DNA from: Syntrophomonadaceae bacterium
GTDB taxonomy: Bacteria; Bacillota; Syntrophomonadia; Syntrophomonadales; Syntrophomonadaceae
Assembly (NCBI GenBank): GCA_012511795.1
Contig: JAAZFJ010000162.1
Location: forward strand, 66-64,065
Length of the DNA: 64,000 bases
Reading direction: 5' to 3'
The position numbers were made by a program, and so were the translations under genes. This document shows positions 38,032 to 48,211 of this stretch, one piece after another. The number at the start of each line of letters is the position of its first letter. Position 1 is the first letter of the stretch. Below the pieces are notes generated by a model. It ran no database searches. It was not told where the DNA came from and was given only the letters and a program-made list of their open reading frames with translations.

Positions 38032-39402
38032 TTAAAAAGGGATCTTATTAGTCCGAGACCAAATTTTCATTTCCTTCGCTGATTTTAACAGCTCATCACG
38101 GAAGTCGGGGTGAGCAAGATTAATTAAAGCTTCGGCTCTTCCCCAGGTGGATAAGGCCTTTAAATTTACTTTGCCATATTCAGTAACCAGATATTGTACT
38201 TGTGTACGAGGAACGGTTACAGCTGCACCGGGCGTAAGCATAGGTTTAATACGGGAAATGATATTTCCCTCTTTGTCCTTATAGGTAGACGAGAAAGCTA
38301 AAAATCCCTTGCCACCCCGGGAGTGAAAAGCACCGATTACAAAATCTAGTTGACCACCGGTTCCAGAAATCTGACGCAGGCCAAATGACTCTGAACACAC
38401 TTGGCTTAAGAGATCGACTTCCAAAATATTGTTTATGGCAATGACATTATCATGCATGGCTATACGAGCCGGGTCATTAGTATGGAGTACGCAGGCTGAT
38501 GCGCAGCGGGGGTTATCATGGAGGAAATCATAAGTATCTTTGGTCCCCAAACAGAAGGAGTACGTACTTTTGTTTATATCGTAGGCTTTCTTGGCATTGG
38601 TAACTTTCCCGGCTTCATACATTTTTACAAAAGCATCACAGAACATTTCGCTCTGAATACCCAGGTCTTTAAGATCTGATTCAGCAATCATATTGCCGAT
38701 TAGATTTGGCATAGCACCTATACCTAGCTGAATACAGGCGCCATCTACAATATCTTCAACGATGTATTCGGCGATTTTCCTTTCTTCCGATGTAGGTTCA
38801 GGCATGGGAGGCAAAGCAAAAATAGGTGTATTGGAACCTTCTATAATATAATCGATTTCACTTATGTGTACATACTCGTCATTTCCCCCCAGACAACGTG
38901 GCATATTCTCATTTACTTCCACAATTGCTATTTTACTGTTGAGAGCCAGGCCGCGATTATGGGAATTACCTAATCCAAAATTAAAACATCCCTGACCATC
39001 CATCGGTGCTACCTGGGCACACCAAATTTGCGGCTTTAGATGGGCAAATTCATCAGTGCTATAAGCCAGAATAGTAGCTTCATGGTAATTGAATGGGTTG
39101 TGTGCTACCAATCCAAAATCTCCTGCTTTACGATCAATCGCTGTGAAATACCAGGAAAAATATTGGAAAGTCTTCTGCTCTCTATCCTTAAAAATCACAT
39201 CTGGAACAGGCAAGACAGTACCGGTGCCGCGTATTGCTACATTTTCAAGCCCGTCACCAGCTCGTTTGGCCAGAGCGATATCAAAATCCACCGGCTTGGT
39301 AGCAAACATTCCATAATCAACGATTACATTGGATTTGCACATTTTTGCTGCCTGATCGGCAGTAATCAATTTGTTCTTATACTCTTCCATGTAAGTTTTC
39401 AA
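38032..39402 (-). CDS. Acyl(butyryl)-CoA:acetate CoA-transferase, acetyl-CoA hydrolase/transferase family (copy 2)
   Basis: IQLGIGAMPN, SEMF (catalytic Glu), ISGTGGQLDF, VTEYG, AHPDFRDEL. TTG 39402 follows RBS AGGGGGG. Confidence 0.9.
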   Translation of the reverse strand: MKTYMEEYKNKLITADQAAKMCKSNVIVDYGMFATKPVDFDIALAKRAGDGLENVAIRGTGTVLPVPDVIFKDREQKTFQYFSWYFTAIDRKAGDFGLVAHNPFNYHEATILAYSTDEFAHLKPQIWCAQVAPMDGQGCFNFGLGNSHNRGLALNSKIAIVEVNENMPRCLGGNDEYVHISEIDYIIEGSNTPIFALPPMPEPTSEERKIAEYIVEDIVDGACIQLGIGAMPNLIGNMIAESDLKDLGIQSEMFCDAFVKMYEAGKVTNAKKAYDINKSTYSFCLGTKDTYDFLHDNPRCASACVLHTNDPARIAMHDNVIAINNILEVDLLSQVCSESFGLRQISGTGGQLDFVIGAFHSRGGKGFLAFSSTYKDKEGNIISRIKPMLTPGAAVTVPRTQVQYLVTEYGKVNLKALSTWGRAEALINLAHPDFRDELLKSAKEMKIWSRTNKIPF

Positions 39403-39500
39403 TATGTTCCCCCCTAAAAAATCAATAAATTTAGACATATTTGAATATTCTAATAAATATTGTTAATATCCTTTTTTATGGAAAATAATCTTATAAAAAA

Positions 39501-39530
39501 TACAAAAAACGGGCTCAGCCCGTTTTTGTA
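39501..39530 (-). terminator. Terminator between the CoA-transferase paralogs
   Basis: TACAAAAAACGGGC-TCA-GCCCGTTTTTGTA. Confidence 0.8.
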
Positions 39531-39555
39531 TAGTAAAATGCTTTATTAAATATAT

Positions 39556-40923
39556 TTAGAATGGAATGCGGTTGGTACGAGACCATATTTTCATTTCTTT
39601 AGCAGATTTGATCAATTCATCACGGAAATCCGGGTGTGCGATTTTAATCAAGGCCTCAGCTCTTCCCCAAGTTGATAGAGCTTTTAGATTCACTTTTCCA
39701 TATTCAGTTACCAGGTATTGCACTTGGGTGCGGGGAACAGTAACAGCAGCACCGGGAGTCAACATTGGTCTGATACGGGAATGGACTTTACCTTCTTTAT
39801 CCTTATAGGTAGAAGAAAAAGCTAAAAATCCTTTCCCCCCTTTGGAATGGAAAGCACCGATAACGAAATCCAATTGACCGCCAGTTCCGGATATCTGGCG
39901 TAATCCTGAAGTTTCTGAACAAACCTGGGACAGCAGATCGACTTCCAATATATTATTTATAGCTATAACATTATCGTGCAAGGCAACACGGGAAGGGTCA
40001 TTGGTGTAATTAACGGTACATGATGCTACACGCGGGTTGCCGTCAATAAAATCATAGGTATCCTGGGTCCCCAGGCAAAAAGAATAAGTGGATTTGTTAA
40101 TATCATAGGCTTTTTTAGCATTGGTTACCTTGCCTGCTTCATACATATCTACAAAGGCATCACAAAACATTTCACTTTGCAGACCCAAATCTTTTAAATC
40201 GGAATCTGCTATCATTTTACCGATTAAATTTGGCATTGCGCCAATTCCTAACTGAACACAAGCCCCATCTACGATTTCTTCTACAATATATTCTGCGATT
40301 TTTCTTTCTTCTGCTGTAGGTTCAGGCATTTTGGGCGTTGCGAAAATGGGAGTATTGGAACCTTCAATTATATAATCAATTTCACTGATATGAACATATT
40401 CATCATTTCCTCCCAGACATAGCGGCATATTGTTATTTACTTCGACAATTGCTATTTTACTGTTGAGAGCCAGGCCGCGATTATGAGAGTTGCCCAGACC
40501 AAAGTTAAAACAACCATGTTTATCCATAGGAGTAGCCTGGGAACACCAGACATCAGGCCATAAATCACTAAATGAAGAGTCGTAAGCTAACAAGGTAGCT
40601 TCATGGTAGTTAAATGGATTATGAGCAACCAGTCCAATATCTCCTGCTTTACGATCCAGCATGGTATAATACCACGAAAAATACTGAAAGCTCTTCTGTT
40701 CCGGGTCATTCTTTATTACTTCCGGAATTGGCAGAACTGAGCCGGTTCCTCTTATCGCAACATTTTTCAGTCCATCCCCCGCTCTTTTACCCAAAGCTAC
40801 GTCAAAGTCAACTGGTTTGGTGGCAAACATACCGTAATCGATAATTGAGTTTGACTTAACTAATTGGGCTGCTTCGTCTGCAGAGAGCAATTTTTTTCTA
40901 TACTCCTCAGCATAAGTTCTCAT
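39556..40923 (-). CDS. Acyl(butyryl)-CoA:acetate CoA-transferase, acetyl-CoA hydrolase/transferase family (copy 1)
   Basis: Same motifs as the adjacent paralog and colinear with it over the whole length. Confidence 0.9.
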   Translation of the reverse strand: MRTYAEEYRKKLLSADEAAQLVKSNSIIDYGMFATKPVDFDVALGKRAGDGLKNVAIRGTGSVLPIPEVIKNDPEQKSFQYFSWYYTMLDRKAGDIGLVAHNPFNYHEATLLAYDSSFSDLWPDVWCSQATPMDKHGCFNFGLGNSHNRGLALNSKIAIVEVNNNMPLCLGGNDEYVHISEIDYIIEGSNTPIFATPKMPEPTAEERKIAEYIVEEIVDGACVQLGIGAMPNLIGKMIADSDLKDLGLQSEMFCDAFVDMYEAGKVTNAKKAYDINKSTYSFCLGTQDTYDFIDGNPRVASCTVNYTNDPSRVALHDNVIAINNILEVDLLSQVCSETSGLRQISGTGGQLDFVIGAFHSKGGKGFLAFSSTYKDKEGKVHSRIRPMLTPGAAVTVPRTQVQYLVTEYGKVNLKALSTWGRAEALIKIAHPDFRDELIKSAKEMKIWSRTNRIPF

Positions 40924-41235
40924 TATTCTCCCCCCCTATAACTTTACAATAGACGAACAAAAGGTTTGCCATGATAAAATGAGATATAAAAATATCTACA
41001 TTTTGAATATTCGAACAAAAATCAGAAAGTCCTTTCTTGCCATAATAAGTAGAAAAATTAAAAATATTCGGAATTGTGTATAATGATAAAGCGAAAAATA
41101 TTAAATAATCGCCGTAAGAAAGAATTAAAAAATTGGTAACAATTAAAGGCAAGTAAAGAATCGATGGCGAATTAAAAGGGATATGCCTGCATTACATTGG
41201 TCAAACTAGCAGAGAATTAATAAAGGAGCAGTACA

Positions 41236-42300
41236 TTGTATACTACACGAATACTAGATATAAATGAAAAACATAATTTTAATAAGTTTGTAGAAAAACA
41301 CCCCCTAGGTCATTTTCTGCAGTTATGGGAATGGGGTATGGTAAAAAAGGGAATGGGCTGGGAGTATTTGCCTCTGGTGGTAGAAGAAGACGGAGAAATT
41401 AGAGCATCATTGCTTATTCTAAAAAGACCGCTGCCCATACCGGGCATCAAAAAATGCATTTTTTATGCTCCCCGCGGACCTGTGATTGATTTAGAAGATG
41501 AAGAACTATGTCAGGTATTGATAACAAGCACTCGCCGTATAGCGAAAGAACATGGAGCTATTTTCCTTAAAATCGATCCTGCAGTTTCAGCTGATAACCA
41601 TAAATTCAGACAAATATTAATAAAATGCGGTTTTAAATTAAATGAAACAGGTTTGGATTTCGAAGGGGTACAACCTAAATTTGTATTTCGCCTTGATATT
41701 ACTCCTTCCGAATTGTCATTACTGAGCAATATGCATCAGAAGTGGAGATACAATATTAAGTTGTCCGGAAGGAAAGGGGTAACTGTCAGGGAAGCCACGG
41801 GAAAAGAAGATTTAAAAATATTTTATGATATTTTATTGGAAACAGCTGAAAGGGATAATTTTTTAGTAAGAGGTTATGAGTACTTTGAATGGATTTGGGA
41901 CTTTATGGTGACCAATAATTATGCGCAAGTTTTTTTAGCTGAATATAATGGCCGGGTTATATCAGCTACTTTGGCGTTTATATTAGGAACCAAAGCCTGG
42001 TATCTTTATGGAGCATCAAGCAATTCAGATCGAAATGTTATGCCGAATTACTTGATCCAATGGGAAATGATAAAATGGGCGCGTAAAAACGGTTGTACAT
42101 TATATGATTTCAGGGGAGTTTCCGGAGATCTTGATGAAAACAATCCTTTATACGGGTTATATAGATTTAAAAAAGGTTTTGGCGGGGAATTGGCAGAGTT
42201 CACAGGCGAATGGGATAAAGTGTATTCTCCATTCTTTTATCTGCTCTGGAACAGAGTTTTACCTTTATATCAAAAAATCAGCCGCTCCATAAAGAAATAG
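41236..42300 (+). CDS. FemX/FemAB-family lipid II aminoacyl (peptidoglycan bridge) transferase
   Basis: HFLQLWEWG..K, YAPRGPV, KWRYNIK, YLYGAS, YDFRG, GLYRFKKGFGG. Confidence 0.92.
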   Translation: MYTTRILDINEKHNFNKFVEKHPLGHFLQLWEWGMVKKGMGWEYLPLVVEEDGEIRASLLILKRPLPIPGIKKCIFYAPRGPVIDLEDEELCQVLITSTRRIAKEHGAIFLKIDPAVSADNHKFRQILIKCGFKLNETGLDFEGVQPKFVFRLDITPSELSLLSNMHQKWRYNIKLSGRKGVTVREATGKEDLKIFYDILLETAERDNFLVRGYEYFEWIWDFMVTNNYAQVFLAEYNGRVISATLAFILGTKAWYLYGASSNSDRNVMPNYLIQWEMIKWARKNGCTLYDFRGVSGDLDENNPLYGLYRFKKGFGGELAEFTGEWDKVYSPFFYLLWNRVLPLYQKISRSIKK

Positions 42301-42314
42301 GCAGGTGTGATATT

Positions 42315-43514
42315 TTGGACTTAGACCTGAAAGACAAGTGGATAGAAATTGATGTTGGAAAAGTATTACATAATTTAAATGAAGTCAGGAATCATTTGCC
42401 TGCCGGAGTGAAACTAATTGCAGTTATTAAAGCTGATGCTTATGGACACGGGGCGGTAAAAACGGCACAGCTGTTAACTGCAAAGGGAGTAGATTTCTTC
42501 GCGGTCACTTTTCTGGATGAAGCACTGGAAATCAGGAAAGCCGGTATAGATGCCCAAATAATGATTTTTAGTCCTTTAACAGAAGATGAACAATACATTA
42601 AAGCTATTCAAAACAATATAACCCTTACCATTGCTTCCCTGAAAGAATGCCATGACTTGGATCTTATCAGCAGAAACCTGGGCAAGCGGGTCACCATACA
42701 TTTGAAAGTTGATACCGGTCTGGGAAGGTTTGGTTTAAATGCACAGGATGCTGCCCAAATATGTCAAACATTAAAAGAAAATAATTACATATATATAGAA
42801 GGGGTATATACACATATGGCTGATGCAGCCATGAGTGAAAAATATACTGCCAGACAGTTCTCTGCTTTTTTAGCTGTGATTGAAGATTTATATAAACAAG
42901 GGTTTGAATTTCCATTGAAACATTGTGCCAATAGTTCGGTGTTTTTAAGATGCCCTAATATGTATTTAGATGCAGTGAGAATTGGAACGCTTTTATCAGG
43001 GCAGAATCCGGCAGGTAATTTTAATAAAAAGCTAAACCTGCAAGATCCTTTTAAATATAAAAGCAGAATAATTGCTTTACGACAATTGGAAAAAGGTTCT
43101 TATCTCGGTTATTTCCGGACTTACCGTCTTAAACAAACCGCAAAGGTCGCAGTCCTGCCAGTTGGTTTTGCTGATGGGCTGGCTCTGGGAGTGCAAAATC
43201 CCCCCACTGGGTTTATCGATATGATAAAGCTGTTAATCAAACAGTTGTTAAGTTATTTGGGCTTTCGAAAGTATAGTTTACAGGTTCGAATAAAGGGGGC
43301 ATTATATCCAATTAGAGGTAAAGTTTTTATGCAGAATTGTCTGGTAGAGATCCCGGCTAATGTTGAAGTTTCAGTAGGTGAAGAGGTGGAACTGCCGATC
43401 CGTAAGACATTGGCAGCCAAAGATACTCGTTACGAGTACATAAATGAAACAGCGTCATTTACAGAAGTCCAGACTTATTCTTTAGATAAAAAAGCATCTT
43501 GGGAGGATTGCTGA
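42315..43514 (+). CDS. alr: Alanine racemase family protein (divergent C-terminal domain)
   Basis: AVIKADAYGHG (PLP Lys), HLKVDTGLGRFG, HCANS, AVRIG. Confidence 0.85.
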   Translation: MDLDLKDKWIEIDVGKVLHNLNEVRNHLPAGVKLIAVIKADAYGHGAVKTAQLLTAKGVDFFAVTFLDEALEIRKAGIDAQIMIFSPLTEDEQYIKAIQNNITLTIASLKECHDLDLISRNLGKRVTIHLKVDTGLGRFGLNAQDAAQICQTLKENNYIYIEGVYTHMADAAMSEKYTARQFSAFLAVIEDLYKQGFEFPLKHCANSSVFLRCPNMYLDAVRIGTLLSGQNPAGNFNKKLNLQDPFKYKSRIIALRQLEKGSYLGYFRTYRLKQTAKVAVLPVGFADGLALGVQNPPTGFIDMIKLLIKQLLSYLGFRKYSLQVRIKGALYPIRGKVFMQNCLVEIPANVEVSVGEEVELPIRKTLAAKDTRYEYINETASFTEVQTYSLDKKASWEDC

Positions 43515-44410
43515 TGGGCAAAAAAATAATTGTATTTTCGATTGCTGCTTTACTGCTTTTGGTAGCCGGTATGTCTTTAGGAAAAATCCTTAGTCCTGAG
43601 CCGGCAGTTTTATCTGGAGGTTCTGCCATTGGAGTGATTGAAGTTAATGGGATAATTTCAGGAGATGCTTCGGACAGTTTATTAGGAGGAACTACCGGTA
43701 TCTCCTCCCGTAAAGTTATGGAAAATATCCGCCTGGCAGCAGAACGTGATGATATCAAAGCGGTAATTTTGCGGATTAATTCCCCGGGAGGCACTACAGC
43801 AGCATCCCAGGAAATTGGTATTGAATTAGACAGGTTACGGGAAACCGGTAAACCAATTATTACTTCTATGAGCGATACTTGCGCCTCAGGAGGATACTGG
43901 ATCGCCTGCAGTACTGACCACCTGGTAGCTAATGCCGGAACACTTACAGGCAGTATAGGGGTAATTATGGAAATAACTAATTTACAGGGATTATATGAAA
44001 AATTGGGCATTGACAGCATAACTTTTAAAAGCGGAAAGTTTAAAGATATGGGGTCTGCCACCAGGCCGGTCACTGAAGAGGAAAGGCAACTGTTTGAGGA
44101 TATAATAGAAGACTCCTATGACCAATTCTTTACTCAGGTTTTAAATGGACGACAAGGCAAAATAAGCGCTGACAAGCTGCGGGAAATTGCTGACGGTCGG
44201 GTTCTCACCGGTCAGCAAGCATTGGAACTAGGCTTGGTTGACAGCTTGGGAAACTATTATGATGCTATAAAAGTTGCTGAAAAAATGGCTGATTTGCCGG
44301 AAGGAACCAGGGTAGAAATAATAGGATCACAAAACTTCTTTGATCGGTTGATGCTGCAAGTAAAAACACCTGAGCTATTAAAATCCTTAGATTTGATACA
44401 AATCAAATAG
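43514..44410 (+). CDS. sppA: Signal peptide peptidase SppA (S49, short form)
   Basis: LRINSPGG, ASGGYWIA, TGSIGVI, SGKFKDMG. Confidence 0.94.
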   Translation: MGKKIIVFSIAALLLLVAGMSLGKILSPEPAVLSGGSAIGVIEVNGIISGDASDSLLGGTTGISSRKVMENIRLAAERDDIKAVILRINSPGGTTAASQEIGIELDRLRETGKPIITSMSDTCASGGYWIACSTDHLVANAGTLTGSIGVIMEITNLQGLYEKLGIDSITFKSGKFKDMGSATRPVTEEERQLFEDIIEDSYDQFFTQVLNGRQGKISADKLREIADGRVLTGQQALELGLVDSLGNYYDAIKVAEKMADLPEGTRVEIIGSQNFFDRLMLQVKTPELLKSLDLIQIK

Positions 44411-44421
44411 GAGGGAGAAAC

Positions 44422-45003
44422 ATGAGTCTGACTGACCGCCTCTGGGGTGTTATTTTTAACCCGGTGGCCACGATGCGGCAATTGACAGTACAAAAGCCTT
44501 TGGGGGAAGGTATATTTTTGTATGCAGCAGTTTTATCCATAGTCATGGTCATTAACCAAGGTATAGACATGTTAAGGCCAATTGAAGAGGTTTTAAGTGT
44601 TCCAACCAATTTTATATGGTTATTACTCGCCATGGGAATAATATTTTCTTTATTTTTATTGCTGATAAGTGCAGGGTTTTTATCTTTGATCAGTGAAATA
44701 ATATATAAAAGAGGCAATAGCTTGGGTTTGCTGGTGGGATTTTGTTTTTCTATACTTCCGGGAGCCTTTGGCCCTTTGCTTCAATATGGTTCAGTATTAA
44801 TGGGGCTTAGTTGGCTGGGAGTTTTCTTCTCCATAATTTCCATGACCTGGGTTGTTGTTTTGCAGATCATAGCTGTTAAAACAGCTTTGAGTCTTAGTAC
44901 CCGGCAGGCATTATTTTTATATTTTTCTCCTCTTCTGCTATTAGCAGTAATAGCAATTACTTTTACCTTACTGATGGTGTCTTCAATACCGCAACTGGGT
45001 TAA
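44422..45003 (+). CDS. Yip1 family membrane protein
   Basis: LWGVIFNP..T N-terminus, five hydrophobic segments, follows sppA. Confidence 0.75.
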   Translation: MSLTDRLWGVIFNPVATMRQLTVQKPLGEGIFLYAAVLSIVMVINQGIDMLRPIEEVLSVPTNFIWLLLAMGIIFSLFLLLISAGFLSLISEIIYKRGNSLGLLVGFCFSILPGAFGPLLQYGSVLMGLSWLGVFFSIISMTWVVVLQIIAVKTALSLSTRQALFLYFSPLLLLAVIAITFTLLMVSSIPQLG

Positions 45004-45064
45004 TTTCTTGGTTATTAAGCAGATACAAAAAGAATTTGCAGAATTAATGAGCAGGGAGTCCGGT

Positions 45065-45424
45065 ATGGCAAAGAAAATACTGATTGCAGATGATCAAAAA
45101 GGAGTAAGAAACCTTCTGGAAGAATATTTTAAACAGGAAGGTCACTGGGTTATTACTGTCAGTAATGGGCTGGAAGCAATCGAAGCAGTACAAAAAGAAA
45201 ATATTGACCTGATAATACTGGATATGAAAATGCCAGGTATGAATGGCTTGGAAGCTGCCAAAATAATATTGCAAAACTATAGCTTACCAATAATCCTAAT
45301 GACAGCTTATGCAAAGTCCGAAATCGAGAAAAATGCAATGGCTGCAGGAATAAAAAGATGTATTATAAAGCCTTTTGAAATCCTGGAGCTAAAAGATATA
45401 GTAGCAGATTGTCTAAAATTATAA
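45065..45424 (+). CDS. spo0F: Single-domain response regulator (Spo0F-like)
   Basis: ILIADDQ, LDMKMPGMNG, MTAY, KPF; spo0F-fba-tal synteny. ATG 45065 follows RBS GGGAG. Confidence 0.75.
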   Translation: MAKKILIADDQKGVRNLLEEYFKQEGHWVITVSNGLEAIEAVQKENIDLIILDMKMPGMNGLEAAKIILQNYSLPIILMTAYAKSEIEKNAMAAGIKRCIIKPFEILELKDIVADCLKL

Positions 45425-45442
45425 AAATACGAGGTGAATATG

Positions 45443-46297
45443 ATGTCATTAGTATCAATGGACACTTTACTTGATCAGGCAGAAGCGGGAGGATATGCAG
45501 TAGGGGCATTTAATGCCAACAATATGGAAATAATACAAGCTATCCTGCAGGCTGCTATTAAAGAGAACTCACCGGTGATCATGCAGGCTAGTCAAGGAGC
45601 GATTAATTACGCAGGTCTGGAATATATCACCGGAATTGTAAAAATAGCAGCAGCCAGCACTCATGTGCCGGTAGCACTCCATCTTGACCACGGCACTGAT
45701 TTTAATCAGATTATCCAATGTATTCGCAGTGGTTTTAGTTCTGTTATGTATGATGGTTCCAAACTTCCTCTGGAAGAAAATATAGCAATGACTAAAAGAA
45801 TAATTGAAATAGCTTCGCCCATTCAGGTATCTGTAGAAGCAGAATTGGGTAAAATAGGCGGAACTGAGGATCATGTCCATGTTGAAGCCAAAGATGCTAT
45901 TTATACAGACCCTGATGAAGCAAAATATTTCGTAGAAAAAACGGGCATTAGAAGTTTAGCTATAGCCATTGGCACAGCTCATGGGCAATATAAAGGGGAA
46001 CCTAAACTTGACCTTAAGCGTTTAAAGAAAATTAAGGAATTGACGCAAATTCCTTTGGTGCTTCATGGTTCTTCCGGTGTTCCTGATGAAACAGTAAAAA
46101 AAGCCATTTCTTTGGGCATCAGGAAGGTTAATATTGATACCAATATCAGAGAAGCATTCGTTGGGAGAATGCGACGGGAAATAGCCAATAATCTTGAGGA
46201 AATTGATCCCCGTAAGATTCTGGGGCCTGCCCGGGAGGCGACTGTGGAGATTATTAGAGAAAAAATGAGGGTGTTTGGCAGTTCGGGAAAAGCATAG
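45443..46297 (+). CDS. fba: Class II fructose-1,6-bisphosphate aldolase
   Basis: YAVGAFN, LHLDHG, VEAELG, GTAHG, VLHGSSG. Confidence 0.96.
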   Translation: MSLVSMDTLLDQAEAGGYAVGAFNANNMEIIQAILQAAIKENSPVIMQASQGAINYAGLEYITGIVKIAAASTHVPVALHLDHGTDFNQIIQCIRSGFSSVMYDGSKLPLEENIAMTKRIIEIASPIQVSVEAELGKIGGTEDHVHVEAKDAIYTDPDEAKYFVEKTGIRSLAIAIGTAHGQYKGEPKLDLKRLKKIKELTQIPLVLHGSSGVPDETVKKAISLGIRKVNIDTNIREAFVGRMRREIANNLEEIDPRKILGPAREATVEIIREKMRVFGSSGKA

Positions 46298-46321
46298 TAA
46301 ATAAAAAAGGAGATGGTTTTT

Positions 46322-46963
46322 TTGCGCATTTTTATTGATTCTGCTAATATAGAAGAAATTAGAGAAATCAACAACATGGGCTTTTTAGCCGGGGTCACAA
46401 CCAACCCTTCGTTAGTAGCCAAAGAGAAGAGAGATTATCACCAGGTTATTAGAGAAATAGCGGCAATAGTAGACGGACCAATAAGTGCCGAAGTTATTTC
46501 TCTTGATTTGGATGGCATGCTTCAGGAAGCCGAAGTCCTGGCTCAAATTCATACCAATGTGGTAATTAAGATTCCCTTAACTGCAACTGGTTTACAAGCT
46601 ATTTCAATTTTGAGCAAAAAAGAAATCGCAACCAATGCGACATTGATTTTTTCTGCCAACCAGGCAATCCTGGCAGCCCGCGCTGGTGCCAGTTATGTGA
46701 GTCCTTTCTTAGGCAGGGTAGATGACAATGGCAATGACGGTATGATTTTGCTTAATGATATCGTTACAGTTTTTGATAATTATATGCTCGATACCGAAAT
46801 AATAGCAGCCAGTATCAGACATCCGATGCATGTGATTCAGGCTGCTAAAAATGGTTCCCATATCGCTACCATACCCTATAAAGTTATTAAACAAATGATT
46901 AAGCACCCGATGACTGATGCAGGTATCGAAAAATTCTTAAGAGATTGGAAAGAGTCGATGTAA
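46322..46963 (+). CDS. tal: Transaldolase / fructose-6-phosphate aldolase family
   Basis: [27 protein letters not shown]. Confidence 0.93.
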   Translation: MRIFIDSANIEEIREINNMGFLAGVTTNPSLVAKEKRDYHQVIREIAAIVDGPISAEVISLDLDGMLQEAEVLAQIHTNVVIKIPLTATGLQAISILSKKEIATNATLIFSANQAILAARAGASYVSPFLGRVDDNGNDGMILLNDIVTVFDNYMLDTEIIAASIRHPMHVIQAAKNGSHIATIPYKVIKQMIKHPMTDAGIEKFLRDWKESM

Positions 46964-46983
46964 ATGAACTGGAGGTCTTGGCT

Positions 46984-47970
46984 TTGGAGAGGGAATTAGC
47001 TCTGGAATTCGCTCGGGTCACTGAATCAGCAGCTTTAGCAGCTGCTTGTTGGGTGGGTAAAGGTAATAAAGAAGCTGCTGACGAAGCAGCAGTAACTGCT
47101 ATGCGGGTTATGTTTGATACTGTATCCGTTGATGGCATTGTTGTTATTGGAGAAGGGGAAATGGATGAAGCCCCTATGCTCTATATAGGTGAAAAGGTTG
47201 GAATAGGTGTCCCGCCAGAGGTTGATATAGCGGTGGATCCGGTAGAAGGTACCAATAATGTAGCCGGAGGCCGCGAAGGAGCTATAGCTGTTTTAGCTGT
47301 TGCGCCACGGGGAACACTTCTAAATGCTCCGGATATGTATATGAATAAAATCGCTGTTGGCTCAGAATGTAAAGGACGTGTCTTTCTGGATGCTCCGGTC
47401 AAAGAAAATTTACGCCAGGTAGCTAAAGCCCTGGGTAAACTGATCAGTGAGGTAACAGTGGTAATTCTGGACCGGCCGCGACATTATGAGATGATAGAAG
47501 AAATCCGCAGATCTGGAGCTCGCATTAAGCTTATACTGGATGGTGATGTTTCACCAGCTGTGGCTGCTGCATATGCTAATTCCGGGGTAGATATTGTTAT
47601 GGGTATTGGCGGAGCACCGGAAGGAGTCATTACTGCCGCTGCCCTGAAATGTTTGGGGGGAGATTTTCAGGCCCGCCTATGTCCAGAGGATGATAATGAA
47701 ATTACAAGGTGTCATCAAATGGGAATCGCCGATTTAGATAAGATATTGACCCTTGATGAACTGGTAAAATCAGATGATGTTATTTTCGTGGCAACTGGAA
47801 TTACAGATTCTTTTTTGCTGAAAGAGGTAAGATATTATAAAAGACGGGCTATTACTCAGACAATAGTCATGAGAAGCACTTCCGGCACTATTCGTCACAT
47901 CGAAGCTCATCATGATTTAGACCGCAAACCCTTATTTAGGGATAATCGTATTAATCTAAAGTTTGATTAA
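46984..47970 (+). CDS. glpX: Class II fructose-1,6-bisphosphatase
   Basis: MERELALEFARVTE, IGEGEMDEAPMLYIGE, DPVEGT, GGAPEGV. TTG 46984 follows RBS GGAGG. Confidence 0.96.
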   Translation: MERELALEFARVTESAALAAACWVGKGNKEAADEAAVTAMRVMFDTVSVDGIVVIGEGEMDEAPMLYIGEKVGIGVPPEVDIAVDPVEGTNNVAGGREGAIAVLAVAPRGTLLNAPDMYMNKIAVGSECKGRVFLDAPVKENLRQVAKALGKLISEVTVVILDRPRHYEMIEEIRRSGARIKLILDGDVSPAVAAAYANSGVDIVMGIGGAPEGVITAAALKCLGGDFQARLCPEDDNEITRCHQMGIADLDKILTLDELVKSDDVIFVATGITDSFLLKEVRYYKRRAITQTIVMRSTSGTIRHIEAHHDLDRKPLFRDNRINLKFD

Positions 47971-48211
47971 AGTATAATGTTATTGTTTAAAAAATGATTA
48001 GACTGTTATAATTATTTATATCACTTGGTTTCGATAGGGCAACTCGCCAGAGATTGCCCTCCAAGGATTTTTGCCAAGTTTTGCCCGCAAGATTTCTTCA
48101 TGGATCGGAAAGAATTTTAATTGTCATTTTAAGACATATGCATATCAATTAAATTCCCGACACTAAGAAAACAATAACAATTAGTTGGCACTATAAGAAA
48201 GGAGAAATATT

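Noticed and set aside
43459..44073. 204-aa minus-strand ORF and the many other short antisense or overlapping ORFs in the track
   Set aside because: They lie opposite or inside well-supported conserved genes and lack recognisable motifs.
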